A DNA stretch of 62,486 bases, counting the filler, from a bacterium (GTDB taxonomy: Bacteria; JBDRGX01), in assembly GCA_043817485.1 (NCBI GenBank). It is 8 parts of 8 records of this genome, joined end to end, with 100 filler letters (N's around TTAATTAATTAA, not from the genome) between each part and the next. Parts side by side here need not be neighbours in the genome. Positions count along the whole stretch, not along the records: positions 13,837 to 21,481 come from JBDRGX010000116.1; positions 21,582 to 45,354 come from JBDRGX010000117.1; 6 more parts are not named here. One strand, 5' to 3'. Under the pieces are notes generated by a model that was not told the DNA's origin, did no database searches, and worked only from the letters and a program-made list of their open reading frames with translations. The translations under genes and the position numbers were made by a program. Of this stretch, positions 20,697 to 29,609 are shown one piece after another. The stretch's first letter is position 1, and each line of letters starts with the position of its first letter.

Positions 20697-21244
20697 TACA
20701 TATTCTCCTTTCTATTTTTAACTACTTTTACTAAAGATGGTTTTATTACAATTTCATTTAAAATATAACCTTTTTGAATTTCTTCTATAATTTCTTCATC
20801 TTCATATTCTGTAGTTTCTTCCATTAAAATAGCATGATGTAAATGAGGATCAAATTTTTTACCCATAGCTTCAATTTTTTTTACACCATTTTTTTCTAAA
20901 AATAAACAAAGATCATTTAAAATATTTTTTACACCAGAAGATAAAGATTCAAAATCATTTTTTTTTTCTATAGATTCATAAGCTCTTTCAAAATTATCAA
21001 TTATTGGAAAAATTTCTTTTAACAAAGATGTATTACTAAATTTAAACCACTCTGCTTTTTCTTTAATTGTTCTTTTTTTAAAATTATCAAATTCTGCTAA
21101 TAATCTTAAATATTTATCATTTACTTCTTCTAATTGATGTATATTTTCTTGTATTTTTTCATATTCTTTTAAGGATAAAGTAATTTCTTTTTCTTCTTCT
21201 TTCTCTTCTACATCTTCTTTTTCAATTACTTCTTTTTCTTCCAT
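20696..21244 (-). CDS. grpE: Nucleotide exchange factor GrpE
   Basis: [25 protein letters not shown]; coupled to dnaK. Confidence 0.95.
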   Translation of the reverse strand: MEEKEVIEKEDVEEKEEEKEITLSLKEYEKIQENIHQLEEVNDKYLRLLAEFDNFKKRTIKEKAEWFKFSNTSLLKEIFPIIDNFERAYESIEKKNDFESLSSGVKNILNDLCLFLEKNGVKKIEAMGKKFDPHLHHAILMEETTEYEDEEIIEEIQKGYILNEIVIKPSLVKVVKNRKENM

Positions 21245-21286
21245 TTTTAAAATCTCCTAATTAATTTCATACTTTTTAATTTTTTA

Positions 21287-21347
21287 TACCAAGTTGTATT
21301 CAAATGCTAATTATATTAGATTTGTTATCATTTTGAATATTACTTAA
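21287..21347 (+). mobile_element. Short MITE of the TACCAAGTTGCATTCAAA family
   Basis: TACCAAGTTGTATTCAAATGCTAA...TTATCATTTTGAATATTACTT; same ends as 48834-49004. Confidence 0.6.
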
Positions 21348-21425
21348 TTTTCATACTATCTAATTTTTTGATAAAGTGTAAAATAAAACAAAACAAATTT
21401 AAAAAGTCAAGTTTTTTTTATTTGT

Positions 21426-21481
21426 TGTGATTACTAAATCAAAATGTTAACGATAATTACTAAATAGAAATGTTAATTTTT
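21426..21481 (+). mobile_element. ISNCY/IS1202-like end at contig edge
   Basis: TGTGATTACTAAATCAAAATGTTAA followed by a second subterminal copy ATTACTAAATAGAAATGTTAA; the contig breaks right after. Confidence 0.6.
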
Positions 21482-21581
21482 NNNNNNNNNNNNNNNNNNN
21501 NNNNNNNNNNNNNNNNNNNNNNNNNTTAATTAATTAANNNNNNNNNNNNNNNNNNNNNNNNNNNNNNNNNNNNNNNNNNNN

Positions 21582-22144
21582 CAGCAAATAACAATTCAGT
21601 AACAAATATAAGTGTTGGATTAAATCCAAAAGCATTATGTGTATTAGGAAACAGGGTATATGTGGCTAATTATTATAGTAATAGTGTTTCAATAATAGAT
21701 ACAGCAAATAACAATTCAGTAACAAATATAAGTGTTGGAAGTAATCCAGAAGCATTATGTGTATTAGGAAATAAAGTCTATGTGGCTAATTATTATAGTG
21801 GAAGCATAAGTATTCTTGGAGATGATGGAAATAATATTAGCGAACTTTTGACAAATTCAAAGAAAAATAAAATTTCATTTTCATACCCAAATCCATTTAA
21901 TCCAGAATGTTATATTCCAATAGAAATTCCAAATAACAAATCTTCAATCTCAAATATCAAAATCAAAATATATAATATACTTGGCCAAGTAGTTAGAGAA
22001 GTAATTACAAACAATGCAAATAGTAGTGTATATTGGGATGGAAGAGATAATTTAGGAAAAGAAGTAAGTTCAGGAATGTATTTTTATGAAACAATTATAA
22101 ACAACAAAACACAAAATTGTAAAAAAATGCTAATGCTGAAATAA
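21582..22144 (+). CDS. YVTN beta-propeller repeat protein with C-terminal FlgD-Ig/T9SS-like domain (5' partial)
   Basis: 40-aa repeats (KVYVANYYS.SVSIIDTANN...VG.NP), then YPNPFNP...IYNILGQ...WDGRDNLG..VSSGMYFY; the frame is open to the contig start. Confidence 0.85.
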
Positions 22145-22184
22145 AAACAAACTTTTATAATATTTAAAAAAAGGAGAGCAATAA

Positions 22185-23609
22185 ATGCAAAAAAAAGCAG
22201 ATATAGGTTTAATTGGATTAGCAGTAATGGGCGAAAATTTAGTTCTTAATATGGAAAGTAATGGATATACTGTAGCAGTTTTTAATAGAACAGTAGAAAA
22301 AGTAGATCAATTTATGCAAAATAAAGCATCAGGAAAAAATATTATCGGTACTCATTCAATACAAGAATTTATAGATTCATTATCTGTTCCTAAAACAATT
22401 ATGTTAATGGTAAAAGCTGGTTCTCCAGTAGATGATTTTATGGATCAACTTATTCCTTTTTTAGAAAAAGGCGATATTTTAATTGATGGTGGAAATTCTT
22501 ATTATCCAGATACTATTAGAAGATGCAAAAAATGTGAAAATCATGGTTTGTATTTTATAGGAACTGGAGTTTCTGGTGGAGAAGAAGGTGCTTTAAAAGG
22601 ACCAAGTATTATGCCTGGTGGTCATAAAGAAGCATGGAAAAAACTTAAAAATATTTTTCAAAAAATATCTGCTAAAGCTCCAAATGGAGTTCCTTGTTGT
22701 AATTATGTAGGACCTGATGGTGCTGGTCATTTTGTAAAAATGACTCATAATGGAATTGAATATGCAGACATGCAACTTATTTGTGAAGCATATTCTTTAC
22801 TAAAAAATGTTCTTGGTTTAAATAGTAATGAACTTGCAGAAATTTTCAAAAAATGGAATGAAGGAGATTTGGATTCATATCTTATTGATATTACAGCAAA
22901 TATTTTAGCTCGAAAAGATGATAAAACTAAAAATCCATTAGTAGAAATGATTTTAGATACTGCTGGACAAAAAGGTACTGGAAAATGGACATCAGAATCT
23001 GCTTTAAATTTAGGAATATCAGTACCTACTATTGCAGAAGCTGTTTTTGCTCGTTGTATTTCTGCAATAAAGGACGAAAGAGTAAATGCTTCTTCAATAC
23101 TTTCCGGACCTTCTAATGTTAGTTTTAAAGGAGATAAAGAAAAATTTGTTGAATCTATTCGTATAGCTTTATATACTTCTAAAATATGTTGTTATGCTCA
23201 AGGATTTGCTTTAATGAAAGCTGCTACAAAAGAATATAATTGGGGACTTGATTTTGGAGATATTGCTTTAATGTGGAGAAATGGTTGTATTATTAGAGCA
23301 AGATTTTTAGAAAAAATTAAAAATGCTTTCAAGAAAAATCCAAATTTAGATAATTTATTATTAGATCCATATTTTAATAAAATAATTAAAAAAAGCCAAA
23401 AAAAATGGAGAGATGTTGTTATTACTGCAACAAAACTTGGTATTGCTATTCCAGCTTTTTCTTCAGCATTAGCTTATTATGATAGTTACCGATGTGATAG
23501 ATTACCTGCAAATTTACTTCAAGCTCAAAGAGATTATTTTGGTGCTCATACTTATGAAAGAACTGATTGTCCAAGAGGTCAATTTTTCCATACAAAATGG
23601 ATAGTATAA
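22185..23609 (+). CDS. gnd: 6-phosphogluconate dehydrogenase, decarboxylating
   Basis: GLAVMG, GVSGGEEGA, HNGIEYADMQ, QAQRDYFGAHTYER. Confidence 0.97.
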   Translation: MQKKADIGLIGLAVMGENLVLNMESNGYTVAVFNRTVEKVDQFMQNKASGKNIIGTHSIQEFIDSLSVPKTIMLMVKAGSPVDDFMDQLIPFLEKGDILIDGGNSYYPDTIRRCKKCENHGLYFIGTGVSGGEEGALKGPSIMPGGHKEAWKKLKNIFQKISAKAPNGVPCCNYVGPDGAGHFVKMTHNGIEYADMQLICEAYSLLKNVLGLNSNELAEIFKKWNEGDLDSYLIDITANILARKDDKTKNPLVEMILDTAGQKGTGKWTSESALNLGISVPTIAEAVFARCISAIKDERVNASSILSGPSNVSFKGDKEKFVESIRIALYTSKICCYAQGFALMKAATKEYNWGLDFGDIALMWRNGCIIRARFLEKIKNAFKKNPNLDNLLLDPYFNKIIKKSQKKWRDVVITATKLGIAIPAFSSALAYYDSYRCDRLPANLLQAQRDYFGAHTYERTDCPRGQFFHTKWIV

Positions 23610-23688
23610 AAAATTATATTATATATTAAAAATCCTTTTAAAATCATTTTAAATAAGTGATTATGGATTATAAAAAATAAGAATTTTA

Positions 23689-24588
23689 ATGTCAAATTTA
23701 ATAACTAAATTAGGTAAAATTATTTTACCTAATCCAATAATGAATGCTTCAGGTACTTATGATTTAGAAGAAACAAGTTGTAAAATTATTCCAAAACTTG
23801 GAGCATTTGTTACTAAAACTATTACTTTAAAACCATGTGAAGGTAATTTACCTCCTCGAATTATTGAACAAGAACAAGGACTTTTGAATTCTATTGGATT
23901 ACAAAATCCAGGGATAGAAGTATTCCTTGAAAAAAAATTACCTTCTTTGCAAAAATTAAATTCAAAAATAATTGTAAGTATTGCTGGAAAAAATTTAGAA
24001 GAATATGTTGATTTATCTAAAATATTAGATAAAATACCTGGAATAATTGGATTAGAAATAAACATTTCTTGCCCAAATGTAAAATCTGGAACTATTTGGG
24101 CAGAAAGTCCAAATAAAGTTTATGATTTAATTTCTAAAATCCGTAAATCAACATCTTTGTTTATTATTACCAAATTTTCTCCTAATGTTACAGATATTAA
24201 ATTAATAGCTAAAAAAGCTGAACAAGCAGGTACTGATGCAATTTCTTTAATCAACACAATAAAAGGAATGGCTATTAATTTAACTACAAAAAAAGCAGTT
24301 TTTGATAAAAAAATAGGAGGACTTTCAGGTCATTGTATTAAACCAATTGCATTAAGATTAGTTTGGGAAGTATTTTCTGTAGTAAAAGTTCCAATTATTG
24401 GAATGGGTGGAATAATGAATACTGAAGATGCTTTAGAATTTATATTAGCAGGTGCATCATCTCTTGCTATAGGTACAGCTAATTTTATTAATCCAAATAC
24501 AATGTTAGATATAATTAAAGGAATAGAAAAATATTTGAATAAAAATAAAATTAAAAATATTCAAGAATTAATTGGAACTTTAAAGTAA
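23689..24588 (+). CDS. pyrD: Dihydroorotate dehydrogenase family 1, catalytic subunit
   Basis: NASGT, NSIGLQNPG, EINISCPNV, GGLSG.CIKP. Confidence 0.93.
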   Translation: MSNLITKLGKIILPNPIMNASGTYDLEETSCKIIPKLGAFVTKTITLKPCEGNLPPRIIEQEQGLLNSIGLQNPGIEVFLEKKLPSLQKLNSKIIVSIAGKNLEEYVDLSKILDKIPGIIGLEINISCPNVKSGTIWAESPNKVYDLISKIRKSTSLFIITKFSPNVTDIKLIAKKAEQAGTDAISLINTIKGMAINLTTKKAVFDKKIGGLSGHCIKPIALRLVWEVFSVVKVPIIGMGGIMNTEDALEFILAGASSLAIGTANFINPNTMLDIIKGIEKYLNKNKIKNIQELIGTLK

Positions 24589-24600
24589 AGGAGAAAAATA

Positions 24601-24984
24601 ATGAAAAAATGTTTTGCAATATTGATTTTATTATCATTATTTTCAATAGGTTGTGTTAAACAATATCAACAACCTACAACATTAAAAAGTTTTGTTGGAA
24701 CAGCTTCTTGGTATGGCCCAGGATTTCATGGTAAAAAAACTGCAAGTGGAGAAAAATTTAATATGTATGATCTTACTGCAGCTCATAAAACACTTCCTTT
24801 AGGAACTATTGTAAAAATAACTAATTTAAATAATGAAAAAGCAGTAATTGTTAAAATAAATGATCGTGGGCCTTTTTCTGGAAATAGAATTATTGATGTA
24901 TCTAAAAAAGCAGCCCAAAAACTTCAAATGATACAAAAAGGAATTATAAAAGTAAGAATAGATGTTTTAAAATTAGGAAATTAA
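24601..24984 (+). CDS. rlpA: Septal ring lytic transglycosylase RlpA family lipoprotein
   Basis: Lipobox [24 protein letters not shown]. Confidence 0.92.
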   Translation: MKKCFAILILLSLFSIGCVKQYQQPTTLKSFVGTASWYGPGFHGKKTASGEKFNMYDLTAAHKTLPLGTIVKITNLNNEKAVIVKINDRGPFSGNRIIDVSKKAAQKLQMIQKGIIKVRIDVLKLGN

Positions 24985-25017
24985 AATATCTAAATTTTTA
25001 AAATAAAAGGGGTTTAA

Positions 25018-26319
25018 ATGATTTCTTTATTAGCAATTTTTTTCACATTTGGTATTTTAATTTTTGTTCATGAATTAGGACATTTTATAGCTTGTAGATT
25101 AACAAAGGTAAAAGTAGAAATTTTTTCTCTTGGCTTTGGACCAAAACTTATTTCTAAAAAATATAATGATACAATATACCAAATTGCTTTAATTCCTTTT
25201 GGCGGATATGTAAAACCAGCAGGCGACGATATGAAAAATTCAACAAATGCTTCTTATGAATTATCTTCTAAAACAAAAATTCAACAAATTTTTGTATATA
25301 TTGCTGGTGCTTTAATGAATATTATTTTGGGATATTTAATTTATTCTTTTCTTTTCATAAAAGGTGTTGAAATTCCAGCTTCTTTTAATACTACTAAAGT
25401 TGGTTATATAAAAACAAATTCTATTATTGAAAAATCTGGAATTCAAATAGAAGATACAATTATTTCAATTAATGAAAATAAAGTAGAAAAATGGACTGAT
25501 ATTAAAAAAACAATTTTATTAAGTGGAAAAAAAGGATTGCATTTTAAAATTTTAAGAGAAAATCAATATTTAGAAAAAATAATTCCTTTTGAAAAAAATA
25601 TTTCTTTAAGTACATTGTGTGAAGAAGAAATTGGTCCTTATGTTTCTGCTAAAATAGGAAGCATTAAACCAAATACACCTGCTGCAAAAGCTGGATTTAT
25701 GCCTCAAGATATAATAACAAAAATAGATAATCAAACAATTACACAATGGTATCAAATGGCAGATATTGTTCATAAAAATGCAAATAAAAAATTAACTTTT
25801 GTAATTCAACGACAAAATAATTTTTTAGAAAAACAAGTTATTCCTCAAGTATATGTTGTAAATAATCAAAAAATAGGTATTATAGGAATTCAGCCCGAAA
25901 CAATAATTAAAAAATATGGATTTGGAAAAGCAATAATAGAATCTGGAAATTCTATTATTCAATTAACTAAAATGACTTATATAGGTATTTGGAAATTAAT
26001 TAATAAAGAAGTTTCTTTTAAAGCTGTTTCTGGACCTCTTGGAATTAGTAAAATAATTGGCAAACAAGCAAAAGAAGGGTTCACAAATTTACTTAATATT
26101 TTAGCTTTTATTAGCATAAGTTTAGCCATATTTAATCTTTTACCTATTCCAATGGTAGATGGTGGACAAATTACTATTTTAATGATAGAAGGAATAAGAA
26201 AAAAAGATTTTTCTTTAAAAACAAAAAATGTAATTCAACAAATTGGATTTTATCTTCTTATTAGTTTAGCTTTAGTAGTTACTTGGAATGACATTTTAAA
26301 TCTTTTGTTTAAAAAATAA
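25018..26319 (+). CDS. rseP: RIP metalloprotease with two PDZ domains
   Basis: HELGH, PFGGYV, NLLPIPMVDGG. Confidence 0.93.
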   Translation: MISLLAIFFTFGILIFVHELGHFIACRLTKVKVEIFSLGFGPKLISKKYNDTIYQIALIPFGGYVKPAGDDMKNSTNASYELSSKTKIQQIFVYIAGALMNIILGYLIYSFLFIKGVEIPASFNTTKVGYIKTNSIIEKSGIQIEDTIISINENKVEKWTDIKKTILLSGKKGLHFKILRENQYLEKIIPFEKNISLSTLCEEEIGPYVSAKIGSIKPNTPAAKAGFMPQDIITKIDNQTITQWYQMADIVHKNANKKLTFVIQRQNNFLEKQVIPQVYVVNNQKIGIIGIQPETIIKKYGFGKAIIESGNSIIQLTKMTYIGIWKLINKEVSFKAVSGPLGISKIIGKQAKEGFTNLLNILAFISISLAIFNLLPIPMVDGGQITILMIEGIRKKDFSLKTKNVIQQIGFYLLISLALVVTWNDILNLLFKK

Positions 26320-26357
26320 GATGTAGTATCTTTAAAAAAAAGTGAAAAGGAGCAAAC

Positions 26358-26993
26358 ATGTTTAAAAAAATTTTTTTAAGTTTAGTAATTTTATTATGTG
26401 TAATAATAAATATAAGTTATGGAAAATGGAAAGTTGTTGATACTATAAATCTTATTCCTGAAGGAAATAAAGTAAATGGATTAAATCCAGGAGCATTATG
26501 TGTATTAGGAAATAAGGTATATATGGCTAATAGTGGTAGTAGTAGTGTTTCGATAATAGATACAGCAAAGCAAATAATAATGCAGTGACAAATATAACTG
26601 TTGGAAAGTATCCAAGCGTATGTGTATTAGAGAACAGGGTATATGTGGCTAATAATGGGTGGAAGCATAAGTATTCTTGGAGATGATGGAAATACTATTG
26701 ATAAAATAGCAAATAATTCAAAAATAAACACATTAAATTACCCAAATCCATTTAATCCAGAATGTTATATACCAATAGAAATAACAAACAACAAATCCCA
26801 AAATATAAAAATAAAAATATATAACATCCTTGGACAAGTAATAAGAGAAGTAATTACAAATAATGCAAATAATTCAGTATATTGGGATGGAAGAGATAAT
26901 TTGGGAAAAGAAGTTTCATCAGGAATGTATTTTTATGAAACAATTATTGACAACAAAACACAAAATTGTAAAAAAATGCTGATGTTGAAATAG
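26358..26993 (+). pseudogene. Second YVTN/FlgD-Ig paralog, broken by frameshifts
   Basis: Signal peptide plus YVTN repeat in the first ORF and YPNPFNPECYIP domain in the second; 3' part nearly identical to 21790-22144. Confidence 0.75.
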
Positions 26994-26994
26994 G

Positions 26995-27039
26995 GAATTC
27001 CACCCCCGTCCTGACGGACACCCCCGCCAGCGGGGGACA
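26995..27039 (-). repeat. GC-rich REP-like element (family B, CCCCCGCTGGCGGGGG...GGGGTGGAATT)
   Basis: Reverse-orientation copy of the elements at 27434-27483, 33622-33669, 39764-39805 and 48880-48917. Confidence 0.8.
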
Positions 27040-27082
27040 AATTAAAAAATAAAAAAAATATTGTAGTTGCAGGGATTTGTTT

Positions 27083-28226
27083 CTGCTGTGTCACAATTAA
27101 AAACAAAATAAGGCAAAAATTAAAACAAAATTCAAAATTATCTTGTGAATAATTTTAAAAGTGCTACAAAGTCATTACAAAATACATTTTTGATAACAAT
27201 TAGGTATAGAAACATTGGTTTTCTTGTTTCTACATACTTGTAAGTTTCTCAATGAGTCCTATAACACCAAATATTGTAATCATTCTGGCTATATTAAAGC
27301 AACTTGAAAACAACGACATTTCTGCTTTAACCCTATCAAGCCCTCGTAGCAAGAATGATTGAACTCCAAGATTTCGTTTAATCCCAAAGTCGCATTTAAA
27401 CGCTAACGATGTTGGCTTCGTTACGGCTTCTTATGTCCCCCCCCGCTGGCGGGGGTGTCCGTTATAGGACAGGGGTGGAATTCTTTAATACATTGCGTGT
27501 TCTCGCACAGAGGAATTTTCGTCGCCTCCTTCTTGTGCGCCTTTGTTATCATTTTAAATTCAACTTAGTATTGATTCTATTCGTTCATCTATCTTTACAA
27601 GATATTTTTCACATTTTTCTTTAGTCCAACTATTGTTTATTGAATCTTGGCTCTTATTTTACTGCCATTAATAAATAATGTATTGCCTTCTATTAAATCA
27701 AGTTTGATACATAATTTTGCACATTGTTTCAATATGTTTTTGAGTGCTTTTTTGTTATTTTTTCTAAATTCTGCTATGGTTTTATGGTCTGGCGATCATA
27801 AAAGCCAGATAAATGATAGATTATGGGAACAGATCTTTCTGCTTTTCGTGAACTTCTTATACCATACGAACATCCATATACTAATAGTTTGATCATAAAC
27901 TTGGGATTGTATGCTGAATTTCCAACCCGACCATTTTGTAATATTATTCCAAGTTTTCTTAAATTAAGTGATTCTACAAATGCATCATATACTCGCACTG
28001 GATCATTTTTTGTCACATATTCTTCAACGAGACCGTGTCTCAATGCTTGATGAAAATAAATTCGATTGAGAACGATTCCCGCACTTGTATGCCATGATAT
28101 TATCTTCTTTTGTTTTTATTTATTATTACAAAAAGATTATATCATTTTTATTTTTTTTTGTAACTTATTTTTTCTTTTTTTTCGATATTTTAACAAAGCA
28201 AATTTATATAATTGTGACACAATCTC
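27083..28226 (-). mobile_element. Degenerate IS1182-family element (transposase pseudogene) with nested MITE
   Basis: TIR TGTGTCACAATTA at 27087-27099 and its reverse complement at 28209-28221. N-term DPVRVYDAFV...AYNPKFMIKLLVYGCSYGIRSSRK; C-term IKRNLGVQSFLLRGLDRVKAEMSL ending at 27230. Confidence 0.85.
27383..27570 (+). mobile_element. MITE (CAAGTYGCATTYAAA family) carrying a family B REP, inserted in IS1182
   Basis: AAGTCGCATTTAAACGCTAA...TTATCATTTTAAATTCAACTTAGTA. Confidence 0.7.
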
Positions 28227-28413
28227 TTCGTTTCGAAATGACAGAAGCCATTTGAAATGACAAAAATGCTTAATAACAAAAGCTGTTTGGAATGAGAGAT
28301 TTCTCATTTTGAGTTTGTGTAGGTGAATCGACCGACGATTAAAATCATCGGTTCAAGATTGTCGGGTTCAAGCACGATCTGTTAATTTATAACTACATCA
28401 AATCCATAACACT

Positions 28414-29475
28414 TTATTTAATTTTTGCTAATTCGTTTTTTAAATAATTAATCGGCTCAATTGTTGTTGGATCTTGATTATTTAAAATAGCCAAATAAAA
28501 ACTAATAAAATCACCTAAATAAATAAAAGAAAATAATCGAGTTAAAACATTTTTTCCAGCAAATTTAATTTCAACTACTTCTTTTATTTTATTTTTAATT
28601 GCTTTTTCAGTTATATCCATTCTTAATTTTATTCGACTATGATCTTGAATATCTTTCAAATAAATGACAATTACATCTTTTAGCCAAGATGCAGGAGTTT
28701 CCCAACCTACAATTTCATTATGATTTAATTCTGGAAAAACATTAAAAAAAGCACACATTTTACTATTTTCATTAAATTGAGCTTTCCATCGCATTACTAT
28801 TGGTTCCATTTTTTGAACTCCTCCGTACACAAGCACTAATTTTTTATGAAATTTTAAAGCCATTTGTTTAGCCAAATTAGATTCTAATGGATTATCTATA
28901 GCATATTGCTCAAAAAGTTTTTTAAAACAAGACAAACATTCTTTAATTTGCATTTGTTTATTTTTTATTAATCCCATTTTTTGTAAAACTATAAGTTGAG
29001 GTAAAAATAAATATCCTAAAGCAGCTCTTGGAGACATTCCTTTGGGAATATTTACTAATATATTTTTATTTTTTAAAGCAAGTTTTTCTAATTTACCACC
29101 AGAAGTAATTACTACTATTTTTGCTTTTTTACGATGAGCTTCTTTATAACAAGATAAAGTTTCTTCAGTATTTCCAGAATAACTACAAGCAATTACCAAA
29201 GTATCTTTATCAACAAATTCTGGTAAAGAATAATTTCTTATTACCATTATTGGAATTTTAATTTCATTAGATAAATAAGTTTTTAACAAATCTCCACCAA
29301 TAGCTGAACCACCCATCCCAGCAACAATAATATTTTTAATAGAATTATCTTTTTCTACTTTTACTTTTTCTGTTATTTTTATTGCATCTTCAAATTGGTC
29401 TGAAAAATTAGCAATTAGTTCATACATATTAGAACAATCAAGTTTTTTTATTTGTTCAAAATTATTTAAAATCAT
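28414..29475 (-). CDS. Bifunctional phosphoglucose/phosphomannose isomerase
   Basis: GMGGSAIGG, SYSGNTEET, PRAALG, RWKAQFNENSK, PELNHNEI. Confidence 0.92.
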   Translation of the reverse strand: MILNNFEQIKKLDCSNMYELIANFSDQFEDAIKITEKVKVEKDNSIKNIIVAGMGGSAIGGDLLKTYLSNEIKIPIMVIRNYSLPEFVDKDTLVIACSYSGNTEETLSCYKEAHRKKAKIVVITSGGKLEKLALKNKNILVNIPKGMSPRAALGYLFLPQLIVLQKMGLIKNKQMQIKECLSCFKKLFEQYAIDNPLESNLAKQMALKFHKKLVLVYGGVQKMEPIVMRWKAQFNENSKMCAFFNVFPELNHNEIVGWETPASWLKDVIVIYLKDIQDHSRIKLRMDITEKAIKNKIKEVVEIKFAGKNVLTRLFSFIYLGDFISFYLAILNNQDPTTIEPINYLKNELAKIK

Positions 29476-29609
29476 TTTGTATTCCTTTCTTTAAAAAAAT
29501 TTTATTTGATAATAAGTTTCTATCAAAAATAGAAACAATATATATATTAGTTAAAATTCAAAATATAGAATAAATGCAAATATTTTGATTCCTGTATTTT
29601 AACTTGGAA

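Noticed and set aside
21245-21425. CIRCE element upstream of grpE-dnaK
   Set aside because: No TTAGCACTC-N9-GAGTGCTAA found; the inverted repeat there is a MITE.
21426-21450. TGTGATTACTAAATCAAAATGTTAA as a dif site or CRP/FNR box
   Set aside because: Arm spacing does not fit dif and there is no TCACA half-site; tandem subterminal copies and the contig break fit an IS end better.
27409-28260. Plus-strand ORFs 27409-27624, 27647-27892, 27823-28050, 28066-28260
   Set aside because: Antisense to the IS1182 remnant or read through MITE/REP sequence.
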